In this document: in pieces, positions 12,301 through 22,304 of the stretch
How the letters are laid out: every line of letters starts with the position of its first letter
Numbering within the stretch: the first letter of the stretch is position 1
From: Histomonas meleagridis 2922-C6/04-290x
Lineage: Eukaryota > Protista > Parabasalia
DNA: 64,000 bases
Reading direction: 5' to 3'
Assembly (NCBI GenBank): GCA_020184695.1
Contig: JAANOX010000243.1
Coordinates: 248,001-312,000 of the forward strand
Position numbers and translations under genes: made by a program
Notes under the pieces: generated by a model
Database searches by the model: none
What the model saw: the letters and a program-made list of their open reading frames with translations, nothing else
What the model was told of the DNA's origin: nothing

Positions 12301-12485
12301 AAATAAAATGTATGAAACTTTGTTTCCGAATCTTAAGATTCTTTTTGGTTGTGTTAAATCAACCAAATAATGCTTAGAAGCTTGCTAGCCCGAAAAAGTG
12401 CGAGCATAAGAAACAGGCTTGAACCTCAGAAAAAAAAACTTTATTATTTTTTTAAAATTTGATTTTTTATCTTCTATAAAAGAAC

Positions 12486-13095
12486 ATGGTTGAACAGTTA
12501 AAAATTTCTTGCAACGGTGAAAATTTCATTCGTGGAACTTATAATGGAATTGCGGTATTGATAAGAGAGAAAGATGGTTTTATTAACGCCACAGAAATGT
12601 GTAAACAATTTAACAAGAGGTTTAGAAAGATTTTTGAAAATCAATCGTGGCAGGCATATTATGAAGAGTTTAAAGCTGAATATTATGCTAGCCCGAAAAA
12701 GGGCGAGCAAGAAAAACAGCCTCTTTATCAATTAAACCGAGGATTTTCAGTAAAAAGAAAATTATTTAAGAGGAACATATGTTGATCCTCGTTTAGTGAA
12801 TTATATTTGCTTCTGGGCATCGCCAAGATATGCAATTTATGTTGGAAAGATAATGGACTCCATCAACGACAAAGTTCACGAAGTATTAAATGAAAAGCAA
12901 TTAACGGATACTGTTGAAAATGCTAAACCTGTGTTTATTGAAGTTGCAAAATCAATAGCACCAACAATCGACAGAGAGTTAGAGAATAAAACATGTTGGG
13001 GATATAGAGACTCAGGCAAAACGTTGGACCAATGGGAGCAAGAAGATTTAGCGAGAGATATTAGAGAATACAAAGAAATTAAAAAGAGACTTTAA
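12486..13095 (+). pseudogene. KilA-N domain protein, frameshifted
   Basis: LIREKDGFINATEMCKQFNK...GTYVDPRLVNYICFWASPRY is a KilA-N signature. Frame break near 12765-12780. Confidence 0.9.
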
Positions 13096-13220
13096 GGAGT
13101 AGAGAAAAAAGTTGATTCGTGGAGTTCATTTATCAAAAAATATCATCCTGAATTTGAAAAATGAATAGCTTTCTCGATTTCTTTTGTTAGGTTAGGTTAG
13201 GTAGGTTTGTTAGGTAGCAT

Positions 13221-13799
13221 TTATTTATAAGTTATTTTTCCTGAACTTTTCACAAATTTTGTGCTTATTTTTCTTTCGCTTAAGAATTCACAGACGTCAG
13301 AGTAATTATATTTTAAGTTATAAGTATTGCCGTCTTTCTTTACATATATTTTTGATACATAATCTAAAGTTGAGCTTTTACAACAACCCGCGTCGGTGTC
13401 TGCCTTCACTAACTCAACTTCTTGAGTATCACACAATAATTGCACAAGCTTTATAAGTTCATCTTCTTCAGCAATTACATATTTATTAACTATTAAAGGA
13501 TTATTTTCTACTATATCTAAACATAACACTAACGCTTGGATTAATAAATCTTTGTCGTGAATTATTTGCTCAAGATTAGTTAAAGTTTCATTAGCTGTTT
13601 CAATCGAACGTTCTTTTACTTCTGGTTCTGTTGCATTAACATCAGGATAAACCGCGACTCGCTCATAAGGATTGGGAACTCCTTTAACTACAACATTAAC
13701 GTTTTGACTTTGGCTTTGTTTCGGAGAATTTAAATTTGTTCCGACTCTTGCAAGAAATCCTCGATTGCAAGATAAAACACTACTTTTAGGAACTGACAT
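13221..13799 (-). CDS. Hypothetical element protein (192 aa)
   Basis: Intact ATG-started ORF with an upstream TCACT initiator-like motif. Confidence 0.7.
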   Translation of the reverse strand: MSVPKSSVLSCNRGFLARVGTNLNSPKQSQSQNVNVVVKGVPNPYERVAVYPDVNATEPEVKERSIETANETLTNLEQIIHDKDLLIQALVLCLDIVENNPLIVNKYVIAEEDELIKLVQLLCDTQEVELVKADTDAGCCKSSTLDYVSKIYVKKDGNTYNLKYNYSDVCEFLSERKISTKFVKSSGKITYK

Positions 13800-13836
13800 T
13801 TTTTAAGTGATAAAAAATTATTTTTACTGTTATTAA

Positions 13837-14175
13837 ATGGAAGAATCTCTGATTCCATTAAATATTTTCGATTACATCAAACATCTAAAACTTACAAAAA
13901 AGATAACAACAAAACAATTACCGTTTATAGAAAATATTTATTTCTACATTAATGATTGCGTAATATATAAATATGTCATTGCTGTACGTCCTGAAATGTT
14001 TAAAAGAGCGAAACGCTTCGGTTTGGAATCATTATATAATGTCTATTGTGGAATAAATGTTAAGATTTACGAACCAATACCAAATACTGCAAAAGGAAGA
14101 TTTATTTTGATGTGGAATCCAGGCAATTGTGAAATTACAGTTGCTGATGGTGAAGACGAATTACCAATAAATTAA
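13837..14175 (+). CDS. Hypothetical element protein (112 aa)
   Basis: Intact ORF divergent from 13799, TAAATG start context. Confidence 0.6.
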   Translation: MEESLIPLNIFDYIKHLKLTKKITTKQLPFIENIYFYINDCVIYKYVIAVRPEMFKRAKRFGLESLYNVYCGINVKIYEPIPNTAKGRFILMWNPGNCEITVADGEDELPIN

Positions 14176-14187
14176 AATGTTAAAAAA

Positions 14188-14364
14188 GTATCATTAAATT
14201 TTTGAGGGTTAAAAAAATAAAAAAATGAACCCTTTTTCTAACCCTCAACGAAACGGATAAAATGAGCATTTTTCGGATGATTTGACATGAATATTGCATG
14301 TTTGCTCGAGTTACTGAAAGGTTAACTTTTTTGTGATTTTTTAACCTTCAAAAATAAATGATAC
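14188..14364. repeat. About 28-bp inverted repeat pair between convergent genes
   Basis: GTATCATTAAATTTTTGAGGGTTAAAAAA at 14188-14216 versus TTTTTTAACCTTCAAAAATAAATGATAC at 14337-14364. Confidence 0.75.
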
Positions 14365-14387
14365 ATTAAACAATTCAAACATTATTT

Positions 14388-16002
14388 TTATCTTGCTCCT
14401 CCTGCAATTATCTGCTCGATGCTTGCGTTGGTAATTTCAATTTGACTTCTACCGTCAGGTTTCATTGCTCTAACTTTCAATAATGCGTCTTCAAAGTATA
14501 TTCCTGTTGGTGCGATATACGTTACATTTTTCATTGCAGTATTAGCTAATCTATCTCCGAATAATTCAATCTGAACTGTTCCAGTGGTTGATATTCCACC
14601 CATGAAGTCCTCACCTTCAGCGAACGGTAATCCTATGAAGAAATTAGAATTATCTTTACCATGCCAAGCTCTTGTTTGAGTATTAACGCCTGAAGCATTA
14701 TATGTGTTCTTGTAATAATACGGTTGAACTGACGTTTTAATATCTTTTGCTAATGAACTCAAAAAGACTTCCATTAAGATTCACAGCATCAAGTAACATA
14801 TTAAGATTTCTTGGGTCATCAACGGTTTCATATGCTTCTCTCGGATAGATTTTACCGTCAATATTAAAACTATATCTTATTTGTGGATTCAAGAAGCATG
14901 TACGTGAATATTGACTTTGTCTGAATACAGTAAACATAGTATCACAATGTTTAAGTCCTATTGTTGCTGCTGTGTTAAATGATGTTGGAGCACTTGTTGA
15001 ATTACTTCCGAGTGGTTGTGTGAAATCTCTTACTTGACAAACGTGAATTGGAAATAGCATCGGAACTTGAATATATTTTGCAGCAAGAGCATTAAACACA
15101 TCCATTTTCAAAAGATATGTTGCAAGCTTAATTTTAACATCTTTTGTAACTTGACTGTTGCAAATGAATTTTTGCGGTACATCCATTGTTGCGTAAGTTG
15201 TTGAACCGCTTCCTGCTGTTGCTTTAATGTTGCTCTTTACTGATTCATTAACATTTCTAAATCCAAGGTCGCATAAATAATCTCCTTCAACTACAGCTTT
15301 CGCGGCAACTAATGATTCATGATCGCATACAGGAGCAATAACAATATTTTGATATGAAGGCATCAGTTCGATTGAAAGCTTGCCGCTCCAGTTAGGATAA
15401 TATCGCATATTAAATAACATTAAGAAATAACTTATTGGAATTCTTAATGGAATCTTAACTATAACTTCTTTTGCTGAGGTAATAGCGCTAAAGTCACAGT
15501 AAACGCCAGGAACCATTGAATCATGAGCTCTGATTTTATCAATAGTTGCGAAACAATCATTACCGGCTTTAGCTTCATCAGATAATGAATTAGAAAGCAT
15601 GAACCATTCATACCTTGCGTTATGAACGTCTTGAATTTTATCTGTGTTTGAATAAATTCTGTATTGGTCTATAGCATCGCATGAACATTTATAACCGACA
15701 TAATATTCTTTAAACAAAAGATTTGATTGTGACGGAACGGTAATTGGTACTTCTTGTTCTAAAGTAATATATGAATTATCTAAACCAATAATCTTAAATC
15801 TATCCGTGAAAATGTCAACGTATGTTGTGTCTCCCTCGTTTATGTCTCCAACATTGCCGTAAGAAGTAGCTGTCGTGTATTCATAATTTCCCGGAATGAT
15901 TTCAGAAGCTTTAACTGCTTCATCAACTTCATTATACCAATCTTGAAGGTTTCCAGTCATTGCATCAATAACATTTGGCTGTTGATTTTGTGGTGCAAAC
16001 AT
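14388..16002 (-). pseudogene. Candidate major capsid protein (about 540 aa when joined), one frameshift near 14770
   Basis: Size, beta-strand-like composition and position at the end of a co-oriented structural block. The double jelly-roll call is inference only. Confidence 0.5.
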
Positions 16003-16028
16003 TTTATAGTGATAAAAAAATCAAAACA

Positions 16029-17322
16029 TCAATTAGAATCTAAGTCTTCAATCGTTACTGTATTTGTTAACGGTAACAATCTTCTATTAGAAAAAGTTCT
16101 TAAATCATTATAAAAATGAAGTAGTAAATCAGGTGCTAATTGACTCTTATTTGTTCTAGTAAATCCAGCATATTTATGTTGATTTTCTGCTAAAAATTGA
16201 TTAAATCTATCATCTCCAATTGAATTAATTAAAGCATCAATATTATATTCAAGTTGTATTCTTTGATTTTTTTGATTTACAACCTGTTGTGCAATATCTG
16301 CTTGCAATTGATTTGTTATTTGTTATTTTTCTTGTCGGTGATAGATTACCGCTAAACATTTGTTGTTGTATTTCAATTTGTGCTTGACTTTCCATTGCTT
16401 TTTTTGTATACTCATTCGCTAACTCAACATCTTGAGCTCTTCTTTGATTTTGTAACGTTGCTATTTTCAAATTTGTATTTTTCTGTATTTGTGCTTTATG
16501 TTCGGCAGAATTTAAATATTCTAATTCAGCATCAAGAGCTATTTTATTTTCTTCGGTTGCTTGTAATTCCTCTCTTCTTTTGATTTCTTTTTCACGTTCC
16601 TTTGTTTGAACTTTTTTCTTAGCGTTCTTAACAATCGATTCTTTGTGCGTCTTGCTTATTTCTGGTTTTTGGTCCTACGGCTGTTTGATATGCTCCTAAT
16701 TCTTGAGCTTTAATTTCTTCATCAACTGTTTTTCGTTGTTGCTCAATTTCCGCTTCTTTCAATCGTTTTGATCTTTTAATAAATCAATGTCGCCTTTATA
16801 CTGAGTTTTTTTAAGTTCTGCCAAAGCTTTTGCGTAACGTTCAGTTTCTTGTTGAGCTTTGTTTGCTAATTCATGCTGACGTTCAATCTCTCTTTCTGCC
16901 ATTTCACGTTTTTGCTTTTCTTCGTTATACTTTGCCTCAGCAGCTTTTGTTGCTTTTTTCATATTTCTTTCTTGTTCATCCAAATTTTTCTTTCTTGCTA
17001 ATTCATCTTGTTTCTCTCTTCGCGTATCATTAATTTGTTGTTGACGAACATCGTTTTGATTTCTCATATTATGTATTGCGTCAAGATTAATATTTTGTGG
17101 AGTTTGTGATAAAGCAACAGGAAGAAATGGATTTTGTAAATTTGCCATCATCTGTGACCTAGCAGAATTGGAATTTTGATTATTCGGTGAAGGAAGAATA
17201 TTTGCTCTGACCGATGCGTTAGGATTAATTGTTGGAGCTTGAGTAATTAGTCGATGCCTTAATCCGCGTTTGACATTTTTCTTTGTTTTTCTAATTCTTC
17301 GTTTGACTGCTTTCTTTGCCAT
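16029..17322 (-). pseudogene. Coiled-coil protein with basic N-terminus (possible core protein), fragmented
   Basis: MAKKAVKRRIRKTKKNVKRGLRHR start, then Q/E/K-rich helices across ORFs 16759-17322, 16249-16470 and 16029-16307. Confidence 0.65.
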
Positions 17323-17344
17323 TTAATTAAAAATAAAAATATTA

Positions 17345-17946
17345 ATTTATAAGTATTGAACTCTTGCTCTCCATCCGCGTTGTACCGGCACATTATAAAC
17401 TTGTTCTTGACGTTCTGACGAAACTTAAAGTTCTGACGAAACTATTTCTTCCTTTTGCTCTTGCTCGTCATTTCTTGTTTGTTCGACCGAAGGAATTTCC
17501 TCAGCATCAATATAAATATCATTCTTTAAACGATGATACTTCTTCTTAAGCTTTTTTTTCTTACTTTTTCATTTATCTAATCGTGAATTTAATTCAATGA
17601 TATGCTCCATTAATAATTGATCGGTCGATAAATAAACATTACCGTCGTTGTTGTTTTTTTAATTACTTTTTTTGACTAACCGTTGGAGTTTTTTTGATTT
17701 CTTTGCTGTAACTCTAGCGTTACCGTTCTTGAAAAATTTGACGTCAAAAAATTCATTTTCAATTCCTTTTTTAGCATTAGCAATTATAATTTCTTTTTCT
17801 TCTTGTGTTAAATCTTTTACTGCTTTCTTTGTTATCTTAACATCAGATGTTTTTTCTTCATCAACGTTTTCTTCTCCTAATACAATTTCTGTTTCGCTCC
17901 GAAGGAGCTCAGGCTCGTAGAGCCGTTCAGTCTCGTTCTCTGCCAT
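17345..17946 (-). pseudogene. Acidic element protein, frameshifted after 95 aa
   Basis: ORF 17659-17946. The homologous copy at 875-1410 shows the gene continues. Confidence 0.55.
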
Positions 17947-18092
17947 TTATTAAATATAAAAAAATCAAAAAATCATTTAAATGAATCACATTAATCCAGG
18001 AATCATTACTCTTGGTTGAGGTTTCATTACCGCAGGTTTCATTTGATATCTTTGTTGCTTACCTAAATTTTTGTTCGTGTTCGATCCATTGT

Positions 18093-18449
18093 TTAAATTT
18101 TATCGCCTGCTTGAATCCACGGTTGATTTTTATCCGAAATCTTTTGACCTGTGTCTAAAACACGTTCGGCTACTTCTTTGCCTTTATCTACGGCTCGTTT
18201 AATTTTGTCTTTAATCTTACCGTCAGGAACTGCATCAACTATTTTATCTATTTTATCTGTTATATCTCCTTTACGCTTTCTTACCGTATCAATTATTCCT
18301 GGAATCTTTTTGCCAAATTCAATTCCTCGACTGATTATTGGCGAGACCTTACCGTAAATTCTCTTTCCTTTATCAATAACTTTTCTTACAAGTCGTCCTG
18401 CATTTTGAATAAATTTTCTTATTCCACCGAATATACGACCTAATCCCAT
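18093..18449 (-). CDS. Basic amphipathic-helix protein (candidate membrane-penetration protein)
   Basis: MGLGRIFGGIRKFIQNAGRLVRKVIDKGKRI has amphipathic periodicity and an MG start. Confidence 0.6.
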   Translation of the reverse strand: MGLGRIFGGIRKFIQNAGRLVRKVIDKGKRIYGKVSPIISRGIEFGKKIPGIIDTVRKRKGDITDKIDKIVDAVPDGKIKDKIKRAVDKGKEVAERVLDTGQKISDKNQPWIQAGDKI

Positions 18450-18485
18450 TTAATATAATTAAAAAAACGTTTTAATAACTCTTAA

Positions 18486-18839
18486 ATGAGTCTAAACATT
18501 AATAGAGAAATTGACAAAACACATTTTAAAACTTACAGTCACGTCAAAAAACACGTGCAAAATAAATTTCCAAATGTTAGTGAAAAGAAAATTAAAAAAG
18601 TAATATCAAGGAGATTGAAGGATAAATTTATTAAAACAAAAGATATAAAACCTTATATGATAAAAATATTTTCATTAATTCCTAATTGTTGGTTTCATGA
18701 CAAATATGATAATACGAAAAATAAAACCCCAAGATATTGGCACGTATTTATTGGCACAAATAATAGATACGTTTACTGTTTACCGTTGATGTCAAAATCA
18801 GCTTTGTCATCAACCAATCGTTCTTCTAATTTTTTGTGA
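18486..18839 (+). pseudogene. Maverick-type rve integrase, N-terminal third only
   Basis: IFSLIPNCWFHD...YWHVFIGTNNRYVYCLPLMSKS aligns with the start of the rve core (WQxD...ILVxID..SRY.W..PLKxK). The second Asp and the Glu are absent. Confidence 0.7.
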
Positions 18840-18857
18840 TATTTCTCAAACCTATCA

Positions 18858-20177
18858 TTAAACTTCTGGCAATAAATTATATACTTTTGTTGTCTTTCCA
18901 TTAATCCACTTTGGCGTTGCGATCCCAGTAAATTTTTTCATATTTGCAATAAAAGTTCTTGAACTGCAACTGTTGAATTTATTTTTTTCGACAAAATCAC
19001 AATATAAATTAAATAAATCAGGACCTGTTATGTTTTTGATTTTTTCGTAATTGTCTCTAGCGAAAATTTCATAACTTGACATTGAAGCTTCTTTAATATT
19101 TTCTTTTGCTTCTGTGTTTGGTAATACTCTTAAATTTACTTTCGACACATCCATTAACATGAAAAATGTAAATAAATTTTCATAAAATTCAGGCGTGAAT
19201 GAATCAGCAAGTTTTGAGAAATAATCAAAATCTTGTAAATGCTTATCACTTGTTTTTGTTACAACATATCTTCTATCATAACTTTCAATATTTATTGGAA
19301 CATCATTATTTGATACCATTATAAAATTCGCAACATTTTCTTTTTCTCTCATCGGTTCATTCTTTTGATTTATATTTATTGTTTTATCTGTTATAATAGA
19401 TTTTAACGCATCGGAATTTAAAAATTTGTTAGTATCAATACTTTGTAATTCATTTAAAACCAATAATTTTTTGTTTTCTAATGTTGCGTTGAATTTTCCA
19501 ACAACTGATTCTATATTCGTAACGTTTTCATTTGCGTATCTTGCCATTAATTTGCAGATAACATCTGTAAAGAATGTATTTTTTCTTGTTCCTTGATTTC
19601 CTAATATAACTAAAGCAACTCCAGTTTTAAAATTTGGTTTTTGAAGAATTGATGCTATCCATATCAATATGTATCTATAAATTTCTTCATTTCCATTTGC
19701 TATTACTTCTCTGACGTGATCTAAAAACGGTTGTATAATTTCTGTTTTTACTTCATCAAGCTTTTTATGATCATAACCTCTAAAGTAAGAAAAAATTTGA
19801 GGATCATTTGAATAAAATTTTAATGCCTTCACTATAAATATTTTTGTGTTTTCTAAATATAAATACCAAGCGGAAACATCTTTTGTTATATTTCCTTCAG
19901 TTCTTCTTCCAATAATTATTTTCTTTAGCTTCTGTCTCGCAATATTTTCCGAAGTATAAGAAACTTTAACGCAATCATTCAATGCGTCGTAATCCTTAAA
20001 CATGAAGACTTCCGGTGTTGAATCACTTACTAAAAAACATTTCTTTACATCAGTTATTGCTTCATCTCCGTTTAAATCATACGGAGCTTTATCTCTATCC
20101 ATTAGATTGAATGGTACTCTCCTACAACCGTGGAAAATTTGAATGAATAGTATTATAATAGTGGCAGCTACATTCAA
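18858..20177 (-). CDS. D5-like superfamily 3 helicase, 5'-truncated
   Basis: YILIWIASILQKP...LVILGNQGTRKNT (Walker A with G to R change), LLVLNE (Walker B), MVSNN (motif C), RRYVV. Confidence 0.85.
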   Translation of the reverse strand: MNVAATIIILFIQIFHGCRRVPFNLMDRDKAPYDLNGDEAITDVKKCFLVSDSTPEVFMFKDYDALNDCVKVSYTSENIARQKLKKIIIGRRTEGNITKDVSAWYLYLENTKIFIVKALKFYSNDPQIFSYFRGYDHKKLDEVKTEIIQPFLDHVREVIANGNEEIYRYILIWIASILQKPNFKTGVALVILGNQGTRKNTFFTDVICKLMARYANENVTNIESVVGKFNATLENKKLLVLNELQSIDTNKFLNSDALKSIITDKTININQKNEPMREKENVANFIMVSNNDVPINIESYDRRYVVTKTSDKHLQDFDYFSKLADSFTPEFYENLFTFFMLMDVSKVNLRVLPNTEAKENIKEASMSSYEIFARDNYEKIKNITGPDLFNLYCDFVEKNKFNSCSSRTFIANMKKFTGIATPKWINGKTTKVYNLLPEV

Positions 20178-21293
20178 TCATAATGGAGAATTTGAATGAG
20201 GTGTAATTTGTATTCAAAAATTGGCTCTCAATTTGATTTCTGAAAAAATATTCTCATTCAATTTCATTTTGAATAATTTACAATTTTCGCCATGTTTTTT
20301 GAACAAAAATAAAATTTGGCAAAGATGCTGAAACAGATATTATTAAATAGCAAGTCATCGACATCGCATAGATTATACATTGCATTAATTAAAATGAATT
20401 AAAAGAAACAATTATTATATATCGAATCAAATTACGATCAAGAATTAAGAAATTGTAAAAAATTTAATCGTATCTAAATTACAACACAAATTTTATATCA
20501 ATGTTACATTAAAATTCATTCTTGACTTAATCAATATTTTATAAATTGATCAATAAATTCGATTGCTTTGCATATAAATTTTCATGAATTGTCATGTTCT
20601 ACATATTAATTATGTTTTATTAGTTTAAAATTTTATAAAATTTAATTTTTACGACGATCAGAGCAATTAGGATGGAAAGAAAAAAATATGCAATGTTATG
20701 TGGAGGTTGAATGGAAATAATTAAATCAATTGCTCATTAAAATAATAATGTAAACATTGATTTGTAAACTTTTTGAATCTAATTTATCATATGAGCTTCA
20801 TTTCTGAAATTAGAATAAGTTTGAATTCATCTCTAACTAAACCCCATGTTCACTATGTATTATCTATATCAAATGAAAGTCGTTCAAATTATATATTTGC
20901 CAAATTATATTCGAATGATTTGAGCAAATGTTGGTACATAAAATAATGAAAAGATACACATATAGGTGAGAATTAGCACATATAAGTGAGAATTAACACA
21001 TAAGACAATGAAATAAACACATATAAGTGGAAACAAATACAGTTAGTGGGAATAAGCACATATAGATGAAAATTAACATGAAACAATAAAAATCAAAAAG
21101 CAGGAAATGAAATATTACAACATTCATTCCACACCATATTTGTCAAATTTTATTTTTATTCAGCAAAAACATGGCGGAAATTGTAAATTATTCAGAATGA
21201 AATCGAATTTAAATATATATTCAGAAAACAGATTGAGAGCCGATTTCTGAATGCAAATTACACCTCATTCAAATTCTCCATTATGATTGAATG
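20171..21293. mobile_element. Non-autonomous TIR element (MITE-like)
   Basis: About 80-bp imperfect TIRs. The outer 40 bp (CATTCAATCATAATGGAGAATTTGAATGAGGTGTAATTTG) is identical at 20171 and, reversed, ending at 21293. No ORF and no clear TSD. Confidence 0.8.
20955..21090. repeat. Degenerate 20-bp tandem repeat, about 7 units
   Basis: CACATA(TA) recurs at 20957, 20977, 20997, 21018 and 21057. All plus frames are closed. Confidence 0.75.
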
Positions 21294-21539
21294 GGACCTT
21301 CACTTTTCGAGAAGGTAGTATTCAAATTTCCCACGGTTGTAATATAGTACCCTTTTTTTCCCAAATTGTCAAAATTACAGGTAACGTTACGTTACAAGTT
21401 ATAGTTAGCATAATTTTATTTATTTTCCGCACATGCGTTTTTAAAACTTATCGTCAAATTATAATTTCAGTCATTATCTCGTCGTTAATGCTTTCTTTTA
21501 TTTACAGCGTGTTTGAGCGAGTGCGTAAGCACGAAGCTC

Positions 21540-22275
21540 AAATAGCTGTGTGTGTGTGTGTGTCAAATGGGATTCTAGAATGACTTAGGAATGATGCACA
21601 GTATAATTATGAACATATATGTACAGGAGATGAATCGTGGTATATATGGTTAAATCAGTCGGGTTCAATATTTGCACAATCCCGAGGAAAAGTGGATTTA
21701 AGAATTCGTCAGACAATTTCATCGAAGAAAACTTTGATCACAATTTTTTTCACAGGTACTAATTTAATTGCTATTGACGTCCTACCAAAAGGAAGAAGGT
21801 TCACTCGAGATTATTTTATTAATAATATAGGAGACATGATATTCAATGCAAATAGGAGATTTCTGCGAAAAGAAAAATGTCTGAATTATAAAATTCATAT
21901 GGACAATTCAAAATGCCATAATGGATCAAAAGTAACTCAATTTCTGGCCGATAAAAAAATTAATCGAATGCCACACCCACCATATAGTCTAGACATGAGT
22001 CCTTGTGATTCCTGGTTTTTTGGAATATCTAAAAAACTCTTAGAGGATGTGGAAATAACGGATTTTGAAATGCTTGTCGATAAATTAATTGACATATGGA
22101 ATGGGATCTTTTTTGAGGAAATTCAAGCGGTCTATAGGGAATGGGAAAAAAGATGTATATGGATTATTGAACACGAAGGGGAGTACTATCCATCTCAATA
22201 AACAAAAATAATTTTTATTTTTTATTCATCAAAATAGGGGTGGGGGCTCATTACTTTATTTTGAAAATTGTTGTA
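21540..22275 (+). mobile_element. 5'-truncated mariner element (D,D34D transposase C-terminal half)
   Basis: ICTGDESW near 21620, HMDNSKCH, PHPPYSLDMSPCD with 34 residues between the Asps. In-frame TGA at 21581. Left TIR not found. Confidence 0.85.
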
Positions 22276-22304
22276 GTTGGAGTATCCCTTCAAAATAGGG
22301 ATAG

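Larger units (their letters stand above)
7440..20170. mobile_element. Decayed endogenous Polinton-like/Maverick-like DNA virus (termini not found)
   Basis: Clustered PolB-like polymerase, SF3 D5-like helicase, rve integrase N-terminus, KilA-N gene and compact intronless hypothetical genes with very short intergenic spaces. No packaging ATPase or protease recognised. Confidence 0.8.

Noticed and set aside
21547-21562. (TG)n tract
   Set aside because: Short simple microsatellite at a decayed mariner junction.
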